A stretch of 64,000 nucleotides of DNA from an uncultured Gammaproteobacteria bacterium (GTDB lineage: Bacteria; Patescibacteriota; Microgenomatia; UBA10105; UBA927): positions 577,319 through 641,318 of the forward strand of contig CAZVTT010000001.1 in the NCBI GenBank assembly GCA_964629685.1, in the 5' to 3' direction. Positions 41,606 through 50,993 of the stretch are shown piece after piece. Every line of letters begins with the position of its first letter. The stretch's first letter is position 1. The notes under the pieces were generated by a model. The model was given only the letters and a program-made list of their open reading frames with translations. It made no database searches and was not told where the DNA came from. A program made the translations under genes and the position numbers.

Positions 41606-41624
41606 AATATGGTATAATATCTGG

Positions 41625-43571
41625 ATGCTCCTGCAGAATTTAATAAAGAGCGTAAAACAACATCCGAATACGCAAATTGGGTTTTTTGCCGGTATAGCTC
41701 TGGAGCTTTTACATGAGACGAAACTATCTTCTCTGTTGTCTCATGGTTTGGAAATTCATAAACGATTAGAACAGCTCGCAGATGAAAAGGATAGTAGGAA
41801 AATTTTTAAACCTGATTCACGACATTGGGAGGCGTTACTTGAGTCTTTAGCGTATTCCCAGCAGAAAATACTATCTTGTCCGGAGTTGGATGAACATGTG
41901 TTCTTTTTAGCTGCTTTGAAGGGTCTAGAAGATTGTCATGAGTTGGTCGGGTATAAAAGTATTTTACAGGAGATTCTGGAAAAACAACTTCATAAACTTG
42001 AAAAAACCGGTTTATCAATTCCATTGATCGGCAGAGATAAAGAACAAGAAGAAGTGGCCAGAATACTAAATCGAACTTTCAGGAGCAATGCGTTACTAAC
42101 CGGTCCGATCGGAGTGGGTAAAACAACCCTTGCTCAGAGTATCGCAAATAAATTTCCACATTTTCACATGGTTCAGTTATTCCCCGGTAACACTCATTTT
42201 ATGGAGCAGGTAGTAACGCTTATTTCAAATATTCCTGAAAATAAGAAAATTCTTTTTTTCCTTGATGAGTTGTTTACCTTTGATGTAACACAATTAAAGT
42301 ATCTTATCGATAATTCTCAGATCATAGCAACAGCAAATGATGCTTCTTATAGGAAATTTATGAGTGATTATCCTGCCATTACTTCAAAATTTGAAATCAT
42401 TAGTTTAGAAGAGCCACCCAGACAAGAAGTGTTAACAATACTTCAGGGACATACAGTACGTCTAACGAATGTAAATCATATTACGTGGGAGTCTCACGTT
42501 TCTGAAGAACTTTATGATCTAGCAAAAAATTATCTTCCTAACCCTGCATTTCCGGCAAAAGGCATTACGCTTCTGGAAGAAAGTGCGTATCTTACAAAAC
42601 AAAAGAAAAGAAATATGGTTACCGTAGACGACGTCAGAACTATTATTGCACAACGGGCAAATATCCCAATTTCGTCCGTTAGTGATTTTGATAAAAAAGA
42701 ACTGGGGAACTTAGCTGAAAATCTACAGCATAGAGTTAAAGGTCAAATTGAAGCAATACAAAAAGTTAGTCAGACTATTCAAAGATCCAGATTGGGATTG
42801 TCTAAGTCAAATAAACCTATTGGCTCATTTCTATTTATCGGGCCGTCCGGAGTGGGCAAAACGGAGCTTGCAAAAGCTATAGCAGCAGAAATTTTCGGTG
42901 ATGTAGATGCCATGGTTAGGCTGGATATGTCTGAATTTGCAGAAAGCCATATGGTACAGCGATTAATCGGATCTCCGCCTGGATATGTCGGATTTGAAGA
43001 AGGCGGGCAGCTTACCAATCCCATTAAGGCAAAACCGTATAGCTTAGTTCTATTGGATGAAATAGAAAAAGCACATCCCAGAGTCTTTGATATATTCCTT
43101 CAAGTGCTGGATGATGGCCGATTAACTGATGGTCAAGGGAAAAAAGTTGATTTTCGTCATACTATTGTGGTTGCCACCAGTAACGCTGGACTTGAAGATA
43201 TCCTTGATTTATTAGCAGAAGGTAAAAAAGCACAAGAGATAGAAAAAGAAGTAAAAGAGGTTCTTTCGGATTATTTCAGACTTGAATTTCTCAATAGATT
43301 TGATCATATTATTGTCTTTAATGCATTAAATGCTAATGCCCTTGTCGAAATAGGTAAACTACATATCACCAGGCTAGCTTTGGAATTAAAGAAAAGAGAT
43401 ATCACGCTAACTGTTTCAGAAGAAACACTTATGCAGCTTGCCCGTCAGGCAGATGATCCCCGATACGGAGCTAGAGGTATCATCAGGAATATTCAGGATA
43501 CTATAGAATCTTCTATTGCAGATATGATTATTAAAGGTAATATCTCTTCCGGACAGACTATCGCTTTTTAG
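41625..43571 (+). CDS. Atypical ClpA/ClpB-family AAA+ ATPase
   Basis: D1 IGRDKE, GPIGVGKT, FFLDE; D2 GPSGVGKTELAK, RLDMSEF, GSPPGYVG, LDEIEKAH, YGARG; TATAAT just before ATG at 41625. Confidence 0.9.
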   Translation: MLLQNLIKSVKQHPNTQIGFFAGIALELLHETKLSSLLSHGLEIHKRLEQLADEKDSRKIFKPDSRHWEALLESLAYSQQKILSCPELDEHVFFLAALKGLEDCHELVGYKSILQEILEKQLHKLEKTGLSIPLIGRDKEQEEVARILNRTFRSNALLTGPIGVGKTTLAQSIANKFPHFHMVQLFPGNTHFMEQVVTLISNIPENKKILFFLDELFTFDVTQLKYLIDNSQIIATANDASYRKFMSDYPAITSKFEIISLEEPPRQEVLTILQGHTVRLTNVNHITWESHVSEELYDLAKNYLPNPAFPAKGITLLEESAYLTKQKKRNMVTVDDVRTIIAQRANIPISSVSDFDKKELGNLAENLQHRVKGQIEAIQKVSQTIQRSRLGLSKSNKPIGSFLFIGPSGVGKTELAKAIAAEIFGDVDAMVRLDMSEFAESHMVQRLIGSPPGYVGFEEGGQLTNPIKAKPYSLVLLDEIEKAHPRVFDIFLQVLDDGRLTDGQGKKVDFRHTIVVATSNAGLEDILDLLAEGKKAQEIEKEVKEVLSDYFRLEFLNRFDHIIVFNALNANALVEIGKLHITRLALELKKRDITLTVSEETLMQLARQADDPRYGARGIIRNIQDTIESSIADMIIKGNISSGQTIAF

Positions 43572-43840
43572 TGAGGAATTTCCCATATATTTTTTCCAAA
43601 CTCCCTGCTTTGTTTATATTGATGTCTAGCTTCTTTGCTTGTTTTCCCCGTGGCAATAAAAAATCCCAGTCTTTTTTTCCCATTCTGATCGATTCTTCTT
43701 TCCCAACCAGCGTAGACGATTTCCTGTATTAAAGGAAAAATTACGGTGAGAAACTCTTGGAATTGTTCCGGGGTGAAAGTATATGGAAATTTTCGTGGTG
43801 TAAACGGGCGCATGAATATACGCGGGGATTTTATTCGCAT
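43568..43840 (-). CDS. 90-aa basic hypothetical protein
   Basis: Starts 4 bp after the stop of the 961-aa ORF. Confidence 0.55.
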   Translation of the reverse strand: MRIKSPRIFMRPFTPRKFPYTFTPEQFQEFLTVIFPLIQEIVYAGWERRIDQNGKKRLGFFIATGKTSKEARHQYKQSREFGKNIWEIPH

Positions 43841-43843
43841 ACA

Positions 43844-46675
43844 TTATGCAGCTTGCCTTGATAAGCTACGTAGATGAGTTTGGGCAATTTGACGAAATAC
43901 ATCCGAATCATACCAGGATTGCACAATAACTGCTGCATTCACCATCTTGCCATTTCTTTTGCCGATCGGTCTAGAATCAGTTGGTTCTTCGTCTGTCATT
44001 ACACTTCTTCTCTTCTGAGGCTTTGGACGAAATATGTCTTGTTGCCTTTGTTCATGTGTTCCAACTTCGTGTATAGCTGGTGTAAACGCAATATCTCTCT
44101 GAGTTTGTGTAACCGAACGTTTTTGCTGAGAACCAGCGGCTTCAGAATTTGGAGTCGAAACGACCGATCGTTTTTTGGAATGGATATGCTTTAAACTAGC
44201 TCTGGCAGGTGTTTCCACATACTCGCGTGGAGAATCTATATGATCATTGACTGTAACGACATTTTTTTGAACGACAGCTTGTGTACGACTATGTAAAGAT
44301 GTGGTACCAGTTCTAAATCTCTCTAGAGTACTATTTTGAATTGATTGATGATGCGTCTGTGAATCCGGTACAAAATTACTTTCTGTTACCGTTACTGGAT
44401 TTAGGTGAGTAGCTGTATGAATTGACCTCCTGCGTTGTCTCTTGAAGGAAGGTACCTGAACACTGACACCATTCCCTGTCTCGGAATTATGTTCCATCGT
44501 TTGGGCAATTCTGTCTTGTGGGACTTTGATCACTATGCTTCCTGCATCATCTGCACCAAATCCGGTTTGAGTTGGTTCTCTGGTTTCCTCTATAGGAATG
44601 GAAATGGTTAAATCGCTATCGTTTCCGCCATCGCCAATGGTATTCTCAGGAAAATCTGTCGGAAAGGTTGAACTATCATGTGTGTTAGACACCGTCGTAT
44701 TGCTCGTATTTCCGACACTAGCTTCTGGAGGTCTGGATATAAGTTGTATCGGCCTAGCACTTAAAGGAATATTCTGGGGATTCTTCCTGCGTGAATCCAA
44801 AAGTGACAGTGCTCTCCGAAACCTTGGTGAAACAACGGAATCCGAATAGGATTCGTTCAGTCTACGTCCATTGGGTTGGTTAGTCGTTTGAGAAAATCGT
44901 GCACGTTTTTCTGGTGGTTTTTGTTTTCGTCCTGGTCTCTCAAGTCTTTCCGAAATAAATACCCCGCTATTCGCAACGGGGATACTTCCTTGTCCCATTT
45001 CTCTCACTTCCGTAGTATCTTGTACGGGAGCAACTGTATTGTCCACGGTACCTTGTTGTATTAAAACAGCGCTCATGACGGTATTACGCGTAGTCGGTAC
45101 TATTGGGTAGGTAGTATCCAATGAATCAGATAGTGGTATATTTCCCCCTGCTGTGGTTGTTTGCGGGGTGTCTTCGAATATTCGTGGATCACCTAATACT
45201 TGTTCTTCTAATCGTAAACTCAGGCTAGGTGGTGCGCTGATATTTTCCTGGGCATTGTGTTCAATATTTACCTGATCCCGGTTTTCTTCTATTTTTAACG
45301 ATTGAAGTCGTTCCATCAGTTTTTCTGCCTGAATGTCGTGAACTGCATCTTGCAGAGGAGTATGGACCGGACAGGGATCAAAGATAACTTCAATTTCTCC
45401 ATTTGGTCCGATAACTTCACGGAATCCTCCATGATAGTAATCAGGATCGTGTTCGCCTAATTCCATATACGGTCGGTGGATAAAGAAAAAGTGTAATTCG
45501 TTTAAACGGGAAACAATTTCCGTAATATCAGAAATGTCTGCAGGTTTTTCTCCTGGTCTAGTAACACGCTCCATACCTATCGCCAAAAGGAGTTGAATTT
45601 CCTCCGGTTTTAGGGCACGTAATTGTTCACGGGTGAGGCGTTTTAAAGACTCTACGTTTTCTTCTGCACGACGTATGTCTGCCTCCACAATAGTTGTGTT
45701 ATGGTACAGAGATAGTATCCGGATAATATAATCTGAATTTACTGATTCGGTATTTTTTTGTCTGGCTTCATGAAGTAAATTGGTAAAAATATCCGATTCG
45801 CGTTTATTTGACTTCCAAACTAATGTATCTTGTTGATGCTCGGGAGTATCAACAAATGGAGCCATCTTGTAGCTGCCAAGATACTGCTTTAATTGTGCAT
45901 AGTCCTGTCCTGAAATAAACGTCCGCAGTGAACTGAATGCAAGAATTTGGGAAATTTCTTCCGTAAAGCGCGTATCTGTTTCTTTAATTTGTTCTGATTT
46001 TGATTCTTGTCTTTTTTCTGCATGCTTTTCGTCTCGAATGTCATTCAGAAATAAATTTCCGATATGTGCGACGAGTTCCGTACGGGACAAACTTCTTAAT
46101 GGTCTTCCCGCAAGCGATGCTATTAGCGCTGCCCCTGCGGGAGACTCCGGCATATTAACAACGTGTTCACATAGGGTTTGTAAGTGAGCTGCTGCAAAAT
46201 TACCTGGTTCATTTTTTTCGAATAAGGCCAGGAGAACGAGTATTCTTGTTTCACCTTTATTCCATTGTGCAGGGAGATGATCTACCATAGGGGTTTCACT
46301 AAGCGGTTTGAAACATTGTTGCAATATGCTTGGGTTGTACAGGCTATATTCCTGCCCTGTCGTGGGATTAATATTCGGTGAAATTTCTGCAACGATTGCT
46401 TCCCTGAATTCGGTTGAATTTTGTGGAGGCGGATCAATTTCTAATAGTCGGTAATATTCAGAAATGATTGGGTCACGTAACGAATCGGGTTTTGATATTA
46501 AGTTCTCCGGAAAAATGGGTAATTGCGCTGGACTCAACTCATACCCTGTAAATTGTCCGAAGTCGTCATGGGTTTCAGTTCTAAAAAGGATGGTAACGGT
46601 ATCCGTATTATCCGAATCTTTATGCTCTGGTTCCGATATTTCATCCTGGTGTATGTATTGGATACGTTCTGGCAT
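43844..46675 (-). CDS. Large hypothetical protein with helical N-half and disordered C-half
   Basis: Open frame of about 940-960 aa; start MPERIQ at 46675 preferred. Confidence 0.75.
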   Translation of the reverse strand: MPERIQYIHQDEISEPEHKDSDNTDTVTILFRTETHDDFGQFTGYELSPAQLPIFPENLISKPDSLRDPIISEYYRLLEIDPPPQNSTEFREAIVAEISPNINPTTGQEYSLYNPSILQQCFKPLSETPMVDHLPAQWNKGETRILVLLALFEKNEPGNFAAAHLQTLCEHVVNMPESPAGAALIASLAGRPLRSLSRTELVAHIGNLFLNDIRDEKHAEKRQESKSEQIKETDTRFTEEISQILAFSSLRTFISGQDYAQLKQYLGSYKMAPFVDTPEHQQDTLVWKSNKRESDIFTNLLHEARQKNTESVNSDYIIRILSLYHNTTIVEADIRRAEENVESLKRLTREQLRALKPEEIQLLLAIGMERVTRPGEKPADISDITEIVSRLNELHFFFIHRPYMELGEHDPDYYHGGFREVIGPNGEIEVIFDPCPVHTPLQDAVHDIQAEKLMERLQSLKIEENRDQVNIEHNAQENISAPPSLSLRLEEQVLGDPRIFEDTPQTTTAGGNIPLSDSLDTTYPIVPTTRNTVMSAVLIQQGTVDNTVAPVQDTTEVREMGQGSIPVANSGVFISERLERPGRKQKPPEKRARFSQTTNQPNGRRLNESYSDSVVSPRFRRALSLLDSRRKNPQNIPLSARPIQLISRPPEASVGNTSNTTVSNTHDSSTFPTDFPENTIGDGGNDSDLTISIPIEETREPTQTGFGADDAGSIVIKVPQDRIAQTMEHNSETGNGVSVQVPSFKRQRRRSIHTATHLNPVTVTESNFVPDSQTHHQSIQNSTLERFRTGTTSLHSRTQAVVQKNVVTVNDHIDSPREYVETPARASLKHIHSKKRSVVSTPNSEAAGSQQKRSVTQTQRDIAFTPAIHEVGTHEQRQQDIFRPKPQKRRSVMTDEEPTDSRPIGKRNGKMVNAAVIVQSWYDSDVFRQIAQTHLRSLSRQAA

Positions 46676-46830
46676 AGCTGGGTGTTTCTTCTGTAGGTTT
46701 ATTTTGCAATATGTTTGCAAAAATGTCACGCGTGAGCGGACTATTACCTACAGAAGAAACAAGTGATCAAGACAAAAAAACAATTATTTAGTTAAATAAG
46801 TATTTTACAAGCCCATGGTCAGGAGATGTT

Positions 46831-47067
46831 TTAGAGTGTGATGTCGAAAAAACGCAGTGTTTCTTCGACGGTAGTGATTACGCCGATTCGAACAGAATAC
46901 TCGAAACCCTTTTCATCATCACTGTGATGTTGGTGGGGAATACGAGCGATTTTTTCTGTTCTGCTTTTGTTGCTTTCATCGATTCGGGCGTTCGCACCGT
47001 TTACAAGACGGGCTACGTCATCGCAGGCACAGCTTGGGACCCGTGTTCTTACTTTAAACCGAGACAT
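46831..47067 (-). CDS. 78-aa hypothetical protein with CxC and HxHH
   Basis: SD AGGAGGT before ATG; own promoter upstream. Confidence 0.7.
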   Translation of the reverse strand: MSRFKVRTRVPSCACDDVARLVNGANARIDESNKSRTEKIARIPHQHHSDDEKGFEYSVRIGVITTVEETLRFFDITL

Positions 47068-47235
47068 ATCTACCTCCTGATTAGCGGACCTTTCATCTCT
47101 TGACCATGGGAATTCTGGAAAGATAATATCTACCCAAAATCCTCATGGTAAGAAATGATGGAGTGTAATTGAATTTTGTCTTGTTAATGTGCGTTTCAAA
47201 AAACGAAATAAAAGAGCAAATTCTTTTTTCTCGTA

Positions 47236-47296
47236 TATTTGCAACTAAGTTGCATTATAGTATAGGCGGATAATTAATGCAAATAAGTTGCAAATA
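47236..47296 (-). promoter_or_regulatory. Sigma70 promoter overlapped by two palindromic operators
   Basis: Minus strand TTGCAT(47282-47277)-17-TATAAT(47259-47254); operators TATTTGCAACTAAGTTGCATTA and TAATGCAAATAAGTTGCAAATA. Confidence 0.75.
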
Positions 47297-47397
47297 CTAT
47301 GGGTCCGTTTATAAGCTTAAGATTTAATAGTATTTTTGGAGATCAAATAGACAAAGGTGAGGGGATAATGTAGTAGTCGCGAGTATATATACAGTAT

Positions 47398-48042
47398 ATG
47401 AGTGTGAATAAAAATATGACTGCAGATAAAAATGTAACCTCGCGAAGTTATTCTGCTTATGCAGCGTATTCTGCACAAAACAGGAAAACGTTTTTTACGG
47501 AGTTTGACGATACTTTTCTTAAACTCTTTTTATCGTATGTACCACCTGAGGGGAACATACTCGACGCCGGATGCGGTACCGGATATGTATTGTCACTATT
47601 TATTGATAAGCATTTTAGAGCTATGGGAATAGATACGTCACGAGGTATGTTGCAGGAATCTGCTCTCCGAATACCTAAAACGAAGCTACAGTTGATGAGC
47701 GTAGACAATATTACGTTTTCTGATAACACATTTGATGGCGTCTACTGCAGATATGTTGTTCATCATCTAAAAAATATAGGCAAAGGATTGCATGAGTTAG
47801 TTCGGGTTACAAAACCAGAAGGTATCGTATATATAAGCACACATGTTTGTACTCAAACGGATAAAAAGTCTTTTTGGTTTACTTTGCCGAATAATGCCGG
47901 AAAGGTATACCTTAATCTGTTGTCGAAAGAAGCGGTTTTGGATAGCATAAGAAATTTTGCTTTGGATATCCTTGACGTTGCGGTTACAAATCACAGTTCG
48001 GATTTACCAGGCCTGCATGTGTTGGCAAAAAAATGTCGGTAA
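47398..48042 (+). CDS. Class I SAM-dependent methyltransferase
   Basis: ILDAGCGTG, GIDTS, FDGVYC...HH, RVTKPEG. Confidence 0.9.
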   Translation: MSVNKNMTADKNVTSRSYSAYAAYSAQNRKTFFTEFDDTFLKLFLSYVPPEGNILDAGCGTGYVLSLFIDKHFRAMGIDTSRGMLQESALRIPKTKLQLMSVDNITFSDNTFDGVYCRYVVHHLKNIGKGLHELVRVTKPEGIVYISTHVCTQTDKKSFWFTLPNNAGKVYLNLLSKEAVLDSIRNFALDILDVAVTNHSSDLPGLHVLAKKCR

Positions 48043-48161
48043 AACCGATATGAAGGAAAAGTGAAGACCTTTATCAGGTTAACGTATAAAAATTAAATTA
48101 CCAGCCTCCCGCTAAGCTCTTTCGTTTTAGAATCAACATACATTAGCCGGTTTGTTATATA

Positions 48162-48190
48162 TTGCAGGGAACAAGGGGTGGATTTATAAT
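48162..48190 (+). promoter_or_regulatory. Sigma70-type promoter
   Basis: TTGCAG-17-TATAAT. Confidence 0.6.
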
Positions 48191-48300
48191 CCGATCGAAT
48201 GTGTTGCACATTAATAGTTTAGGGAAGACTCAATAAACTCAGTTGTGTCCAACATAAGCGTTGAATACGACTATCGTTTATTGAGTTGAACTGGAGATGT

Positions 48301-48504
48301 ATGATGTTGATCATATGGTTTGCGTTTCTTGGTCCTATAGTTGCAGTGATTGTGTTAGCCTTCACTGAATCTGAGCTTCTGGCATGGCTGGTTTATCTGT
48401 GGCCTGTTATAGTCGGAGCATTGTCGTTCCTGAGCTTCCTAATTAGCGATGTAAGAAGCGGATCGTCGAGCGATAGTACAAATGGAAGCAATTACGGACC
48501 TTAA
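48301..48504 (+). CDS. 67-aa two-TM small membrane protein
   Basis: GGAG SD, two hydrophobic helices, Ser-rich tail; intact member of the duplicated element. Confidence 0.7.
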   Translation: MMLIIWFAFLGPIVAVIVLAFTESELLAWLVYLWPVIVGALSFLSFLISDVRSGSSSDSTNGSNYGP

Positions 48505-48600
48505 TGTGAAATAGCCTATGAGCATACGGAAAGGAAAAACCTCATCGTATATCAACTAATCGTATACTCTAACACCGGTATCGTTTCTCTACAGTATAAT

Positions 48601-48650
48601 GCCTATCTAGGTCGTGCCATTCATAGACTTACATAGGCATTTTTTTTTTA
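48601..48650 (+). terminator. Probable intrinsic terminator
   Basis: GCCTAT...ATAGGC followed by a T10 tract. Confidence 0.55.
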
Positions 48651-48788
48651 CATCTAAAGTTTATTTATTTTGTGTTTATACATTTATATATTTTTGAATT
48701 TAATTCAATTTGATTAGTTTATGTGTTACTGTATGATGTTATTCTAAAATAAATTACAGATGTGTGAGTTTGTTTGAAAGGGGAAAAA

Positions 48789-49025
48789 ATGAAAACAATG
48801 ACCTGTAAACAACTTGGAGGACCGTGTGATTTTGCTATGCAGGGAAATACAGCAGATGACGTAATTAAAGCCGGTGAACAACATCTGAACGAGATGGTTG
48901 CCAAAGGAGATGCAGCGCACAAACCTGCTGCCCAAATGATGGCGGATATGCGCAAAAATCCTACTTCTGGCATGGAATGGTACATGAAAACACAAAATGA
49001 TTTTGCAGCTTTGCCGGAGAGCTAA
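48789..49025 (+). CDS. DUF1059-like small protein
   Basis: MKTMTCKQLGGPCDF...GEQH. Confidence 0.8.
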   Translation: MKTMTCKQLGGPCDFAMQGNTADDVIKAGEQHLNEMVAKGDAAHKPAAQMMADMRKNPTSGMEWYMKTQNDFAALPES

Positions 49026-49034
49026 ATATAAGAT

Positions 49035-49619
49035 TTACCGTGAAAACGGCTTTACTACTAGCCTTCTCGTAAGGTTTTCGGCTTTAGAATCAGCGTACCC
49101 CTTCACCATGCGGGGAGTAACTTGCTTTCTATGTATTCTCCAGTCCAGATACAGTGCTTCGTATCCATCAGGGTGTTCTTCTTTTGAAAGGTGTTTCCAT
49201 TTGTCCGGTTCCTGTCGACATAATTCCATTGCGTAGCGCTGTTGAGCGGAATTTAGTGAATCCCAAACAATTCCTAAACCAATCGTGGTTTCATTTTCAT
49301 GTGGTTCAAAATGAGCATTACTTTCGGTAGTTTGGATGTGTGCGTCATAAAGCGTTCTGACAGCTTTATATAACGGAAGTTCTACGACAAAGATTAAATC
49401 TTCAGATTTTTCTATTTGTATTCCCCGAGTAAGATGAATAGCCGGTATTTGGTCCCAGCTATTTGGTAAAGGAATTTCGTTAGCTTTTTTAATACTAAGT
49501 TCACCCGAAAAGGGATCTGTCCTGGATGCCATAAGTTTGGAGCCCGGAATGGAAATTACCGCATGGGGATCTTTTATTTGAATTCGATCAAGTCCGTCTT
49601 GGTCAGCTTCGCCTGCCAT
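49035..49619 (-). CDS. Hypothetical protein
   Basis: 194-aa ORF with a -10-like TAAAAT 7 nt before ATG. Confidence 0.65.
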   Translation of the reverse strand: MAGEADQDGLDRIQIKDPHAVISIPGSKLMASRTDPFSGELSIKKANEIPLPNSWDQIPAIHLTRGIQIEKSEDLIFVVELPLYKAVRTLYDAHIQTTESNAHFEPHENETTIGLGIVWDSLNSAQQRYAMELCRQEPDKWKHLSKEEHPDGYEALYLDWRIHRKQVTPRMVKGYADSKAENLTRRLVVKPFSR

Positions 49620-49721
49620 AAGGTTAATTTTATCGCATTAGGAGAATTAAACGAATGGTAAGTTGCGAATGCTGGGAATCAACCGGAAATTATTTTACTT
49701 CCACCCGGTATAATTGAATGT

Positions 49722-50795
49722 ATGAATAGGAAAACGGTCACAAATGATGAATTAGGATACGATAAATATTTTGAATCAGGAAAAAATAATTTAGAATTTT
49801 CCAAATACTCTGTCGCCAGAGTTATGGCAGAATATCGGGGAGGATATCGGGTTAAAAATGAACATAGTGAATATTACGCAATAATTACAGGTAAACAGAT
49901 GTATACGGCAACACATCGAAATGATTATCCTGCTGTAGGCGACTGGGTTGTAATAGATGAGCTAAGAGAAGGACAGGCGGTTATTCATGGTATTCTGCCA
50001 CGTAAAACAATTCTTCAAAAAAAATACAATAATAAACAGGAAAATCAAATTATCGCTACGAATATTGATGTCGCATTTATCGTCGAGTCCATGGATAGGG
50101 ATTATAATCTTAATCGGTTTGAAAGATTTTTAGTTATAGCACAGGACGGAAATATTCAACCGACAATAATACTTAATAAGTGTGATCTGATATCGGAAAA
50201 CGAACTGCAGAATAGAATGAAACAACTGAAAAATAGGTTTACGAATATTGAGCTTATTGCCACAAGTATTTATATTCAGCCGAGTATTACCGAACTGAAA
50301 AAGTATATTAAACCGGGAAAAACCTATTGTTTCCTAGGATCTTCAGGAGTGGGTAAATCATCACTTATAAATGAATTGTTAGGGAAAAATAAAATAAAGA
50401 CGAGTGAGATAAACCCGGATACAGAGAGAGGTAAACATACTACCACCACCAGGGAAATGCACTTTATGGAAGGTGGGGGAATACTTATTGATAATCCGGG
50501 AATACGAGAAGTAGGAATGACCGGATCGGATACGGGGATAGATAAGGTATTTAATGAAATTGACACATTATCCCGCAAATGTAAGTTTGCTGACTGTTCA
50601 CACACGAATGAACCAGGCTGTGCAGTTCTGAAAGCGCTCGAAGAAAAAATCTTAGATGAAAATAGATATGAGAATTATACTAAGTTACACAAGGAGGCTG
50701 AATATTATAAGATGACAGATTTGGAAAAGCGGGAAAAAGATCGAAAATTTGGTAAATTTGTAAAGAAAGCTCTTCAAGAATTAAAACATTCATGA
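49722..50795 (+). CDS. rsgA: Ribosome small subunit-dependent GTPase A
   Basis: PAVGDWV, LNKCD, GSSGVGKSS, GKHTTT, DNPG, CKFADCSHTNEPGC. Confidence 0.95.
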   Translation: MNRKTVTNDELGYDKYFESGKNNLEFSKYSVARVMAEYRGGYRVKNEHSEYYAIITGKQMYTATHRNDYPAVGDWVVIDELREGQAVIHGILPRKTILQKKYNNKQENQIIATNIDVAFIVESMDRDYNLNRFERFLVIAQDGNIQPTIILNKCDLISENELQNRMKQLKNRFTNIELIATSIYIQPSITELKKYIKPGKTYCFLGSSGVGKSSLINELLGKNKIKTSEINPDTERGKHTTTTREMHFMEGGGILIDNPGIREVGMTGSDTGIDKVFNEIDTLSRKCKFADCSHTNEPGCAVLKALEEKILDENRYENYTKLHKEAEYYKMTDLEKREKDRKFGKFVKKALQELKHS

Positions 50796-50807
50796 TCACA
50801 TAAAATG

Positions 50808-50874
50808 TGACTGCCATAGTCGGATTCCCTACGGAAAAGATTCATCAGAGTAAGCGAATTGCTATAGTCGGTTC
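50808..50874 (-). repeat. Decayed tRNA-Glu 3'-end copy with 28-nt T-loop insert
   Basis: TAGTCGGATTC-CCTACGGAAAAGATTCATCAGAGTAAGC-GAA...AGTCGGTTCT matches the units at 52642 and 52761. Confidence 0.8.
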
Positions 50875-50993
50875 TCTTCCGATTGGGAAATACTGAATAA
50901 GCAAGGTATTTAAACTGACTTTTTAAATAGTACGGATGTTGGAAAATAGGAATTCACTTGGTTTCAGTTTAAATCAGGTAATATACTGGTTTT

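Noticed and set aside
41415-41624. 70-aa N-terminal extension of the Clp ATPase
   Set aside because: It uses a GTG start and reads unlike a protein; TATAAT directly before ATG 41625 supports the later start.
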